A DNA stretch of 64,000 bases from a virus. Its lineage: Duplodnaviria > Heunggongvirae > Uroviricota > Caudoviricetes. A program made the position numbers and the translations under genes. Below the pieces are notes generated by a model. It was not told the DNA's origin and ran no database searches. It saw only the letters and a list, made by a program, of their open reading frames with translations. How positions within the stretch are numbered: the first letter of the stretch is position 1; the number at the start of each line of letters is the position of its first letter. The DNA lies in the IMG/VR virus record IMGVR_UViG_3300043406_000147; one strand, written 5' to 3'. Below, piece by piece: positions 20,417 to 30,018 of this stretch.

Positions 20417-22342
20417 ATGCGATTCACAATAGGTACGGCTCGACGCGTTGGGATGGAAGACGACGATGTCGATACAGACAAAAAAATAGAACCGGCACCC
20501 AAAGAGCCGGAGAAGCCCAAAGAAGAGCCTGAGAAAAAAGAAACGCCTCCGGAGGAGCCGAAACCAGAGGAAGATCCTCCTGCTGAAGACCCGCCACCAG
20601 AAGCGAATGAAGATCCTCCTGCCGACACAGCGGAATCACCTGCTGACGATGGTGTGTCAGGCGACGCGCAAACCACACCTGAAACTCCGCCTGCTGAACC
20701 TGTCGTGCAAATCAAAGGGCAGCTGAATGTGGATAAAGCAGTTGAGGACATCGAAAACAAAGCGGCCGCTGATGAAGTGGCCAAGTCTGAACAGAACGCC
20801 TTAGGAAAAATCGTGAGCAACATTGATCAAAGTGCAAACATTGCCAACGAAGACGCTCTCCATCAGCGGATGGTGGACGCTCTTCCGTATGAGAATCCGA
20901 CCAGTGTGGCTGCAGATGCTGCGCGCATCACCCTTGAATTCGAAGGAATTCAAGATGAGCTTGACAACGCAAGTGAAACAATCGAAACAGTGTCAGATGT
21001 GGCGAGTACTCTCTCGCAAGCCAGTCCAAGTGAAATGAATAATGCGTCGGGGCAAGCGCTTTGTGCTGCCCTCGAACACTTCCGCACCAGCTTAGGCGTT
21101 CGGAAAACAAACTTTGGGATGGAAGGCTATCTCACGGGTCGCTACACCTTGAAAGCCAAACACTCGATGGCAATGGAAGGCATCAAGGAGTTCATGAAAG
21201 ACCTCTGGGAGTTCATTATCGAAACCACCAAGAAAATCGGTGAATGGATCAAGGGGTTCTTCAAGTGGGTGTGGGGTGTGCTGACCAAGCAACGCCGAGA
21301 TGCGCAGCGGGCACAAGAGGCTTGTGTTGCGGCAAAAAAGAAGGAGCAAGACGCCCCTTCTGAAGCGGTGGTCTTGGCAGATCAAACAGAAACCGAACTG
21401 GCTGTTTTGGAGAAAGGCAGCAAGGCTGAGTTTGACAAAGCCATCGAAAAGATCAAAGCAAGCAACAATGTCACAGCGCTGATCCTGAAGGAAATGAAGC
21501 AGCAACCTTCCCAGCTGTACATGAAAGAATTCAGCTTCCTGCATAAGGACGGCGTGCCTCTGACCGCACAAGAAATCCAAGACCTTTCTGTCAAGGGCTT
21601 CAGTTTGATTGAAAACGAGATGGTGCACCATCTCGGTGAGATGAACATTTTGCAAAAAGCAGTGGATGACTTTTTACAGGTGGCCGATCGCACTTCTGAT
21701 GAGTTGTATCGGGCAAGCCTCGCATTGCCTGGGGTTGTTCGTCCAACAGCTGTCGGTCAATATGAGACCTATGAGCTGTATGACGATGGCACTGCGCAAT
21801 GCTTGATTCGCCATTTGCCTGGCAATCACGCTGTATATCGACTGTGCTTGCAGGACACAACTCAAGAAGCATTTAAAGACAATATTCGCACGCTGAAGAA
21901 ATATGTGTTGCCGCTTGAAAAGAGCGCCGACCCTGACGCAGCTTTGGAATATACTTCGGTTGACAGGGCGTATGTTTTCTTGGATTACTTCAAGAAAGCG
22001 GACGCGAAGATCGAACAGGGTATCGGCGAACTCCGAGACAAGATCGAGGCAGCCCTGGATTATCTTCACGACAAAGCTACCGAGATGAAGAAAAACTTCG
22101 GTAAAGAAGAGCAGCTCCCAGTTGAGGATGGGCGCGAATATCCGCTGTCAGTGCGGCGTGTGCTCGACTTTTATCGAAATCAAATGAGTTCATTCACGAT
22201 CACATTTTCAAACTACTACATCAAACTCAAGGAACAACTGATCAGCTACATGACGCAATGTGCGCAGCGGCGGTATCAGCTTATTCATGCGAGTGAGGAA
22301 GTGTTGAAAGAAATTGCGAAGATGAACCCTTCGCTTGTGTGA
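20417..22342 (+). CDS. paralogue family member 1 (Pro/Glu/Lys-rich N-terminal low-complexity region)
   Basis: ATG at 20417 after an AGGAG. Conserved core AMEGIKEFMKDLWEFIIETTKKIGEWIKGFFKWVWG. Confidence 0.6.
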   Translation: MRFTIGTARRVGMEDDDVDTDKKIEPAPKEPEKPKEEPEKKETPPEEPKPEEDPPAEDPPPEANEDPPADTAESPADDGVSGDAQTTPETPPAEPVVQIKGQLNVDKAVEDIENKAAADEVAKSEQNALGKIVSNIDQSANIANEDALHQRMVDALPYENPTSVAADAARITLEFEGIQDELDNASETIETVSDVASTLSQASPSEMNNASGQALCAALEHFRTSLGVRKTNFGMEGYLTGRYTLKAKHSMAMEGIKEFMKDLWEFIIETTKKIGEWIKGFFKWVWGVLTKQRRDAQRAQEACVAAKKKEQDAPSEAVVLADQTETELAVLEKGSKAEFDKAIEKIKASNNVTALILKEMKQQPSQLYMKEFSFLHKDGVPLTAQEIQDLSVKGFSLIENEMVHHLGEMNILQKAVDDFLQVADRTSDELYRASLALPGVVRPTAVGQYETYELYDDGTAQCLIRHLPGNHAVYRLCLQDTTQEAFKDNIRTLKKYVLPLEKSADPDAALEYTSVDRAYVFLDYFKKADAKIEQGIGELRDKIEAALDYLHDKATEMKKNFGKEEQLPVEDGREYPLSVRRVLDFYRNQMSSFTITFSNYYIKLKEQLISYMTQCAQRRYQLIHASEEVLKEIAKMNPSLV

Positions 22343-22371
22343 TTTTTTTTCCTGTAAAGAGAGTTTTCATC

Positions 22372-23778
22372 ATGAAACGAAATCTGACCCTGGCCACCAT
22401 CAATCTCAACGTCGGTCTTCTGAGTGAGCAAGAAGACAGCGCCGCCATGGCGGCTGCCCTTGCGGCGTATGAGCAAACCGAACCGACTGCGGCAACTGGT
22501 CTGGTTGAAGCCGGCACCGAGCTGGAAAACGTGACCCAAGCCGTCGAAGATGGGGGCGAAGCGGCACAAGTCGTCGATGCTGCACTGGCTCCCCTGGAAG
22601 AATCCCAAGAAGAAATCAACACCCCGGCGTTGGAGGCATTGCGGATCTGCCTGAAGCACATGTCCGGCCAACTCGGTATTCCGACGAGTCGTCGGATGGG
22701 CATGGAGTCGGACGCCACCCTGACCAATCGGCAAATTGCCATGGAAGGGATCAAGGAGTTCGCTTCCAAGATCTGGGAGGCGATCAAAGCAGCTTTCGCA
22801 AAGATCAGCGAATGGATCAAGGGGTTCTTCACATGGCTCTTCCGAATGGGTGACCGGACAGAGAAGGCGCTGGCTGTTGAAGAAAAGCGTGCGGAATCGC
22901 TGAGCAAGGTTGACATTTCCGAAAAGGCTGCGGAGATGGCAAAACAGCACAAAGAAGAACTACATGCCCTTTCTGGGCAGTCCAGTGCTGGCTCGCACCC
23001 GTACCTGTATGTCCCGAATGGCGGTGAGTCGGTTGAAGGGGGTAACTTCGTCAAAGCGGTGGAGAACACGTTCTCTTATGTGAGCAAGAGCATCGAAGCC
23101 AAGTTCCTGTCGAAGACGAGCTGCAACAACCTTGCAGCTCTACTGCTCCAAGACATGAAGCACTTCGCTGATGAAAAGATCGAGGCGCTGAAGTTCACCC
23201 AAGAAGTGGCTGAAAAGTATTACTTCATGGCCGAAGAAAAAGTCGACGGTCAGAAATATCGCTCTGCACAACCTCTGCTGGGTGATTACCAAGTGCTGGA
23301 GCAGCGCCCCGACAGCCCGACAGCCCGGTACCATATCGGGTTCGAGCGCGCAGGCGGCGCAACCGATCAAATCATCAAAACTCTCACCCCCGCTGAATCG
23401 AAACAGCTGGCAAAAATGGCAGGCAAATTCATCGACAGGAGTTCGCTTTCTGACGTTGAGAAGTTTGTGACTTCGAAAATCGAGGAGCTTTCGAAAGAGC
23501 TGAATACGGCAAGCCTTGCTGCCACTAAGAGCAGCCTCAAGGCGGCTGCTGGAGGCGGTAGTTTTGGAGACAGTCCGACGCGTGACGTGTTCAACAACAT
23601 CAAGCGTGGCTTCGATCTCTTCCAGGTCATTTTCTGCGGATTCCTGCCCAAGGTGCTTTCGTACAAAGTCACACTGTGCGAAAATATCAAACACCATGTG
23701 AAAGTGTCGAACGACTTTGCTGAATCTGTGAGCAAATTCAATCAGCAAATGGAGAATGGCGAGGCGTTCGTGCTGTAA
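22372..23778 (+). CDS. paralogue family member 2
   Basis: The conserved ALEALRICLKHMSGQLGIP motif precedes the AMEGIKEFASKIWEAIKAAFAKISEWIKGFFTWLF core. Confidence 0.6.
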   Translation: MKRNLTLATINLNVGLLSEQEDSAAMAAALAAYEQTEPTAATGLVEAGTELENVTQAVEDGGEAAQVVDAALAPLEESQEEINTPALEALRICLKHMSGQLGIPTSRRMGMESDATLTNRQIAMEGIKEFASKIWEAIKAAFAKISEWIKGFFTWLFRMGDRTEKALAVEEKRAESLSKVDISEKAAEMAKQHKEELHALSGQSSAGSHPYLYVPNGGESVEGGNFVKAVENTFSYVSKSIEAKFLSKTSCNNLAALLLQDMKHFADEKIEALKFTQEVAEKYYFMAEEKVDGQKYRSAQPLLGDYQVLEQRPDSPTARYHIGFERAGGATDQIIKTLTPAESKQLAKMAGKFIDRSSLSDVEKFVTSKIEELSKELNTASLAATKSSLKAAAGGGSFGDSPTRDVFNNIKRGFDLFQVIFCGFLPKVLSYKVTLCENIKHHVKVSNDFAESVSKFNQQMENGEAFVL

Positions 23779-23887
23779 AGCCGAGGGCTTGTCGATCACA
23801 TACTGTGACAATTGTCGTCACCCCACTATTGATCATGGTGGGGTTTCACCCGAATTTTCATTTCACTTTCCACGTGGAGCTACAAAC

Positions 23888-25255
23888 ATGGCACGAGTTA
23901 CCCTGGGCCGCATCGGTCTCGAAAACGAAGAAGTCACTCCGGAAGTCACGGACGAAACGCTGAACGCGATGGCCGAAGCTCCGGATCAGGAAATCGCCGA
24001 CGCGACCCAGATCGCCGCCGAGCTGGACGCCATCGACGGCGCCATCGAAGAAGGCGTGGACACCGCCGACACACTGGGCGAAGTCGCCGCTCCGCTGCAA
24101 GAAGCCGTCGACTCCGGTGAAGGCATCCCGGCTCCCGCCGCGGAATCGCTGCGCATCCTGGTCAGCCACATGACCTCGCGCATCGGCGTGCCCGTGCGGA
24201 CCAAGACGTTCGCGATGGAATCCTTCAAGGGCAAGCAGACGCGCCTGCAAGCCACCCAGATCGCTCTGGAAGGCATCAAGGAAACCGCACAACGCATCTG
24301 GGCCCAGATCGTCGAAGCCTTCAACAAGGCCATCGACTGGATCAAGTCGTTCTTCGCCAAGCTGTTCGACGGCGCCGTCAAGCTGAAGGCCGCTGGCGAG
24401 AAGCTGAGCAAGGCCGCTGGCGAGAAGGCCAGTGCCACGATGGAAAAGGACACCATCGAGTCGGCCGGTTTCGCTGAAAAGCTGCAAGTCGGTGGCGCTG
24501 CTCCGGCTGGTGACGCGTTCGCTGCGCAGTTCAAGAGCTTCGTCGACAGCTACAAGACCTACATCGGCGCGACCGAGGCCGCTTCGAACCGCACCTTCAT
24601 GGACAACGTGAAGCAGCTGTTCGCCAACGCGACCGACGGCGCGAAGGCCAAGGAAAAGCTGAAGGTTCTGGCGCACAAGATCACCTTCGGCAAGAAGGGT
24701 CAGTCGGCACAGACCCCGCCCGAAGGCATGGAAGTCCAAGTTCTGGACCTGACGAAGATCGGCGACAAGCAGATCAGTGGCTTCGCCTTCACGGCGGCAG
24801 CGACGGACGAGCAAGTGCTGGCCAACATCGGTCGTGTCAAGGTCTGGGTGGAAGACGTGGCTGGTCGCAAGGCCGTGGATGGCAAGAACGTCAAGGCCCT
24901 GACGGCGTCGGCTGCCAAGGAAGTCGCCGACAGCGTGGTCACCCTGGCCGCAGCACTGATCGACGGCAAGAAGGCTGCTGCTGCTCTGGAAACCGAGCAG
25001 AAGAACCTGCAGAAGCTGGCTTCTGACATGTCCAAGAAGGCACCTTCGATGGCTGGTCCCGCACCGGAAGGCGGTCAAACGTCGTCTGAAGCCGCACCGA
25101 GTGTGCTGGCCGCTGCTGTGCGTTCGTCGATCAACCTGACCACGACGGCTCTGTCGCAGACCCGCAGCTACGGCCTGACCACCGGCAACGCCGCGCTGGC
25201 CTACGTCTCGGCGTCGCTCAGCCTGCACAAGGCCGCTGCCGCTGCTGCCAAGTAA
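23888..25255 (+). CDS. paralogue family member 3 (GC-rich, Ala-rich)
   Basis: N-terminus MARVTLGRIGLENEE. Core ALEGIKETAQRIWAQIVEAFNKAIDWIKSFFAKLFD. Markedly higher GC than its neighbours. Confidence 0.6.
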   Translation: MARVTLGRIGLENEEVTPEVTDETLNAMAEAPDQEIADATQIAAELDAIDGAIEEGVDTADTLGEVAAPLQEAVDSGEGIPAPAAESLRILVSHMTSRIGVPVRTKTFAMESFKGKQTRLQATQIALEGIKETAQRIWAQIVEAFNKAIDWIKSFFAKLFDGAVKLKAAGEKLSKAAGEKASATMEKDTIESAGFAEKLQVGGAAPAGDAFAAQFKSFVDSYKTYIGATEAASNRTFMDNVKQLFANATDGAKAKEKLKVLAHKITFGKKGQSAQTPPEGMEVQVLDLTKIGDKQISGFAFTAAATDEQVLANIGRVKVWVEDVAGRKAVDGKNVKALTASAAKEVADSVVTLAAALIDGKKAAAALETEQKNLQKLASDMSKKAPSMAGPAPEGGQTSSEAAPSVLAAAVRSSINLTTTALSQTRSYGLTTGNAALAYVSASLSLHKAAAAAAK

Positions 25256-25351
25256 GCAGCTCAACTAGGCGAACAACGTCTTTCGCCTAACCGCGTAATG
25301 GAGGGGTTCGCCCCTCCATTATGTCTGCCTCATCTTCACTGGGAAGAAAAT

Positions 25352-26698
25352 ATGAAAATCAATCTGGGCCGCATCGGTCTCGAAAACGAAGGAGTCGCTC
25401 CGCTGGCTGATGACTCCACAGTCCAAGCGTTTGACGAGTTCAATCAGCAAGACGCGCAGTGCATGAACGAAATCGCTGTCGAGCTGGACCTCCTCGACGG
25501 CGCCATCGAAGAAGGCGAAGAAACCGCAGCAGTGGTGGAAGAAGCAGCTGCCCCGTTGCAAGAAGCCGTCGACTCCGGCGAAGGCATCCCGGCTCCCGCC
25601 GCGGAAGCTATTCGGATCTGCCTGAAGTACCTCAGTGGGCGTACGCAGGTGCCGATGCACATGACCGCTGTTGGGGTGGAGTCCTTCAAGGTCAAGCAAA
25701 CCCGCCTGAACGCTACCAAGATTGCCATGGAAGGCATGAAGGAGTGGGCGAAGAAAATCTGGGACGCCATCGTGGCGGCTTTTGATTCCGCTATCGAGTG
25801 GGTCAAGGGCTTCTTCTCGAAGCTGTTCGATGCAGCTGTTCGCATGAAGAAGGAAGCCGAGGCCCTCAAGCAAAAGAGCGAATCGCTGGCTGGGAAAACT
25901 CCCAAGGCCGGGGCGAAGCTTGAGAAAAGCTCGCTGACGACCAAGCTGATGTTCGGCGGGAAGATCCCCGATGGCAAGACGTTCGCCAGCTTCTACGAGA
26001 AGACGATCGCCACTTACATCGACGTGGCCAAGAAGAGCGTCGGTGAGGACACCGTCCTGAAGATGCTCGAAGGCACCGCGACCATTCTCGCTTCGGCGGA
26101 TGAGTCGGTTGCGAAGCTGGAGCCGCTCGTCAAGGAGGTCACGACGATTCCGTTCGCTGGCAACGAGACGCGCATCCCCGGTGAAACACCGGCCGACGGT
26201 ATGACTCTGAAAGCCAGTGCAACACTGGTGGGCGATGTCAATATCTTCCTGGAGACGTTCAAGGAAGACGCCTCCCTGGATCAGCGCACGGACAACTTCG
26301 GTCGCATGAAGATCTGGGTGGGCCCGGCCATCACACAAAAAGAACTGACGGCGTCCGACATCACGCCGATGAAGCCTGACGACTGCAAGAAGGTTTGCGT
26401 CGCCACGGCGGAGCTGGCTGACAGCATGCTGGAGATCAAAGCCAACGTGACCAAACTGGAAGCTGTACAGAAGAAGATCGCTGGTGAAGCCAAGCGTCTG
26501 AGCAACGCAAAAGACGACGCTGGTGGTGATGACGGCAGCAAGAAGTACCATGCTGCTGCGTCCCGACTGGCACGGGCAATGCTCAGCATGAGCACCAACG
26601 GTCTGAGCGGCATCCGCACGTACGGCGTGAACACGGGCAATGCGTCCCTTTCGTTCGTGAAGCAGTCTCTGGCTGCGCTGGAAAAAGAAGGCGCGTAA
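25352..26698 (+). CDS. paralogue family member 4
   Basis: N-terminus MKINLGRIGLENEG. Core AMEGMKEWAKKIWDAIVAAFDSAIEWVKGFFSKLFD. Shares near-identical DNA tracts with member 3. Confidence 0.6.
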   Translation: MKINLGRIGLENEGVAPLADDSTVQAFDEFNQQDAQCMNEIAVELDLLDGAIEEGEETAAVVEEAAAPLQEAVDSGEGIPAPAAEAIRICLKYLSGRTQVPMHMTAVGVESFKVKQTRLNATKIAMEGMKEWAKKIWDAIVAAFDSAIEWVKGFFSKLFDAAVRMKKEAEALKQKSESLAGKTPKAGAKLEKSSLTTKLMFGGKIPDGKTFASFYEKTIATYIDVAKKSVGEDTVLKMLEGTATILASADESVAKLEPLVKEVTTIPFAGNETRIPGETPADGMTLKASATLVGDVNIFLETFKEDASLDQRTDNFGRMKIWVGPAITQKELTASDITPMKPDDCKKVCVATAELADSMLEIKANVTKLEAVQKKIAGEAKRLSNAKDDAGGDDGSKKYHAAASRLARAMLSMSTNGLSGIRTYGVNTGNASLSFVKQSLAALEKEGA

Positions 26699-26796
26699 AG
26701 CGCTGAGCATGTGAGTGCAGAGAGGGGAGTCATCCCCTCTCTTATGCCGTTTAAATCGTTTGATCAGATAAATACCGCTTCTTTCGGAGAATACAC

Positions 26797-28350
26797 ATGC
26801 CCACGGTAATGCTGCCTACACCCAATACCCATTGGACAATTGACCGGCCTGTCGTGGTCGGTGTCCTGAAAGATTTGATTCAAATCACAAGAATCAGTCA
26901 CACCACTCCGATCAGCTTCTACAGTGAAGAAGCTAAAAGCTATCAACAAGGCTCTACGTTAGCCAGTGAAGGCATTGAAGAAAACCTTTGGCCTCACGAT
27001 GATCGGCTGTTTGTGGAGGTCAAGGAAGAGATTGACCTGGACCGAATCTATTCGAACAGAGTGGCTCAGAACGAGCACCCTCACATTTTCTCTGACAGTG
27101 CGCTCGGCATCTCCATCAAGCCTGTTTACTTCTATACCAAGCTGTCTATTTCAGTCAAGTACCGCGCATCAGATCGAAACAAAGCAGAAATGTGGCGTAA
27201 CGAAATGGCTGTTCGGGCGGCAATGCTTCGGGACATCAACTTGCACGAGTTGGAGTTTGGGTTTGAAATACCTGCGGCGTTTTTGTTCATCATTGAGGAG
27301 CTGCATCGGCTTCGCGAGAATGTGGCTGGGTATGGTCAGGATCTGAACGATTATTTTACGTCGAACTTGTCAACCAATACTTCACTGACCACGAATTTGA
27401 ACGCGAGCACTTTTGCATGGTGTACCAAGGAAAGGCAAATTGGTGTGCAGGGGTGGTTTGAGTTTGATAAGGTTCCCGACAAGGCAGAGCGGGAAAACGA
27501 TCATGATGCTTACACAAGCAGTTTCAGCTATGTGCTGCACTACCAAAAGCCGATTGCGTCTAACATGACGTATCCGTTAATGGTGCATCAACAAGTCTTG
27601 GACGCTAAATTCAGGCCAGAAGAAAAAGCTTACAGCCTCTATGACCAACCTGCCTACTATAGTCAGAGTGGGAGAGCGGCAGCGTACTTCAGCAGTGACG
27701 CCCGTGTTAGGAGAATTGGCAGTAAGGAGGGCGTGAGCATTCCAGCTTACGATGAATTCAAACCGAGAACAGTGCCGAGTTCATCTGTCAAGATTTTTAA
27801 CGTGATGGTCTGCGTGACCCCTGAAGATAAACGCACGCTGATTAACTTGGGTGAGTTAGGGGATTTCGTTCTTGACTCTGATATCCTTGAGTTCATCAAA
27901 ACGTCCGAACACTCATTCATGACGGGAGATTACCAGTCCATCTTACAGCTGAATCTGTATTCGAACTCAGAGCAACTGGACAAAGGGTGCATCACTTTAT
28001 CGAACGATCTGACACTCAGCGCGACGCGTGATTTGGATCTTCGGAAAGTGTACCATGTGCGCATGAGCGTCATCACCAATATCAGCTACTTGCCTGTGCA
28101 AGCACTCAAGCGAATCCAGCAGAACCCCGTGGTGGGGATGAAACTGGTGAACGCAATCAATGCTTCAATCACCGGGTTCAATGGATCAAGGGCAGACATT
28201 CGAAAACAAGTTCTGTCAGTAGAAGACGTTTTGTTGTTAACCAGTAAGCGACTGAGCCCGAGTTACATGCGTGGACATTACCCGCACTTCATCGCGGAAA
28301 TGTTTGCTGGGACGACAAAGCAAAAAGAAGTGTTGATTAAAAACACTTGA
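26797..28350 (+). CDS. hypothetical protein (517 aa)
   Basis: GGAGA RBS. Unrelated to the flanking paralogue family. Confidence 0.5.
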   Translation: MPTVMLPTPNTHWTIDRPVVVGVLKDLIQITRISHTTPISFYSEEAKSYQQGSTLASEGIEENLWPHDDRLFVEVKEEIDLDRIYSNRVAQNEHPHIFSDSALGISIKPVYFYTKLSISVKYRASDRNKAEMWRNEMAVRAAMLRDINLHELEFGFEIPAAFLFIIEELHRLRENVAGYGQDLNDYFTSNLSTNTSLTTNLNASTFAWCTKERQIGVQGWFEFDKVPDKAERENDHDAYTSSFSYVLHYQKPIASNMTYPLMVHQQVLDAKFRPEEKAYSLYDQPAYYSQSGRAAAYFSSDARVRRIGSKEGVSIPAYDEFKPRTVPSSSVKIFNVMVCVTPEDKRTLINLGELGDFVLDSDILEFIKTSEHSFMTGDYQSILQLNLYSNSEQLDKGCITLSNDLTLSATRDLDLRKVYHVRMSVITNISYLPVQALKRIQQNPVVGMKLVNAINASITGFNGSRADIRKQVLSVEDVLLLTSKRLSPSYMRGHYPHFIAEMFAGTTKQKEVLIKNT

Positions 28351-28367
28351 TCAACACCAACGAAACA

Positions 28368-29933
28368 ATGTCACTTGCGAGACTGACCATGAGCTTATCT
28401 GACAAACAAATCAAAGCAATTGCCCTGAACGCTGAAATGTGCGCGCAGGATGCGCAATTTCAAGGGCTTGGGCTTGTACTTGAATCCGCACAAGAAGTGC
28501 TTGAACAAGCCGACTCGGATGAGCGGGCTATTCAAGACGCAAAAAGCGCGATCGAGGCATCCGATCAGGAATTCTCTTCGCCTGCGTTAGAAGCACTGCG
28601 GATTTGTATCAAGCATTTTGAGAAGATCAACGGACTCTCGCCTTCGAAGCGGCCTGGCGTGGAGTCTTCTAATGCAAAATCAAATCGGGCGATTGCGCTG
28701 GAGAGCGTGAAAACATTCTTGATCACACTGTGGGAAAATGTCAAGCGAGCAATCTCCTACGTCTGGGGTAAAATTCGCGAATTCTTCAAGCTACTGCTTG
28801 GTAAGAAAGAAAAGAATCTTGGTGACGAAACGCTTCGCTTAACTGGGATTCGCAAAGACTATGATCGCTTCTTGGCCACTGAGAAGGAGTTCTTAGAAAA
28901 AACAATCGGAGTAGAGCTGATTCAATCTGAGCTGCATAAATCCGGGGATAATACCCCGGAAGTGCAAAGAAGTATAGCAGCAATGATTGGGCGGGTCGAT
29001 CCAGGTCATGCCGCTGAGAGATTGAAAGAAGTCCAAGCACTCTTCAAGGAAATCAGCGAAGTCAAGCAAACGATCGAAGCCAGGGAATTTCGACTCTTAA
29101 GCGCCGATGCGGGTTGTTTAGATGAGCAGATAGAAGCTGCAAACGACACATTTCACGGTATTTTTGACGTGATTGATTTCTTGTACGACCAGCACATTCG
29201 TCAACGTGTTATTCGTGCAACGTTTCAGCGAGACGCAATGGAGCGGACAACAGATCACGGGCCTGCAAAGAAAACGGATGCGGAGTTAATTGAATACTAC
29301 GCTGACGATTTCAAATATGGGCAAACACTTACAAACCACATCGAAGATCTGAATCGTGAAAAACTATGTGGAACAACTTTGGTCATGACGGCGGTGGGTG
29401 CTTCTATTGAGCGAGATGGCATCAAGTCAATTCACGACTTAGGCACTGCTCAAAAATACAGCATTCAGATCGAAGAGAAAAAGAAACCGATCAGCGCTGA
29501 TCAAAAATACGCCTCCGGAAAAGCGGACTTCTACCAAGTCGCGCATAAGGCAGGCGATGTGGCTAAGGAATACACCAATGCTATTGCTGACATCACAGAA
29601 AAAGCAATGTCGCAGGATGCCGGGCTAAGCCAAGACATCATCGCAGATGGTCTGGATGATACATCTCGTCTGATTTCAAAATTTGATGGCGAGAACCCCA
29701 AAGATCCTTTTCATGCGACGTTCTCCGCGCGAGCACGTGTCATCATTGACATGAACAGAGCTGCTCCAAATTTGATGTTTGCTGCCACGAACCTGTTGCA
29801 AAAGGGGACAATTTACCATGGTGAACTGCTGTGGTTGATTGAGAAAAACTACTTCATCTACAAAACCATGGTCTATGCGATGCGGGTTTTGAAAGAAGTT
29901 GACTTGATGACGAAGGGTGCTTTGTCGAAGTAA
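28368..29933 (+). CDS. paralogue family member 5
   Basis: SSPALEALRICIKHFEKINGLSPSKRPGVES...ALESVKTFLITLWENVKRAISYVWGKIREFF. The start is uncertain (ATG 28368 or 28389, or TTG 28347). Confidence 0.5.
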   Translation: MSLARLTMSLSDKQIKAIALNAEMCAQDAQFQGLGLVLESAQEVLEQADSDERAIQDAKSAIEASDQEFSSPALEALRICIKHFEKINGLSPSKRPGVESSNAKSNRAIALESVKTFLITLWENVKRAISYVWGKIREFFKLLLGKKEKNLGDETLRLTGIRKDYDRFLATEKEFLEKTIGVELIQSELHKSGDNTPEVQRSIAAMIGRVDPGHAAERLKEVQALFKEISEVKQTIEAREFRLLSADAGCLDEQIEAANDTFHGIFDVIDFLYDQHIRQRVIRATFQRDAMERTTDHGPAKKTDAELIEYYADDFKYGQTLTNHIEDLNREKLCGTTLVMTAVGASIERDGIKSIHDLGTAQKYSIQIEEKKKPISADQKYASGKADFYQVAHKAGDVAKEYTNAIADITEKAMSQDAGLSQDIIADGLDDTSRLISKFDGENPKDPFHATFSARARVIIDMNRAAPNLMFAATNLLQKGTIYHGELLWLIEKNYFIYKTMVYAMRVLKEVDLMTKGALSK

Positions 29934-30018
29934 GGAACATACATCGGGGCGCAAGCCCCGATGTATGCCGTAAGCATGGTTTGAGTATTGTTTAACGCAC
30001 CCATTCAGGAGAACACAC

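Noticed and set aside
23858-26710. Antisense ORFs 23858-25264 and 25319-26710 (468 and 463 aa) opposite paralogues 3 and 4
   Set aside because: The same reasoning applies: Arg/Gly/Leu-rich mirror translations of GC3-biased genes. The sense strand carries family-conserved motifs.
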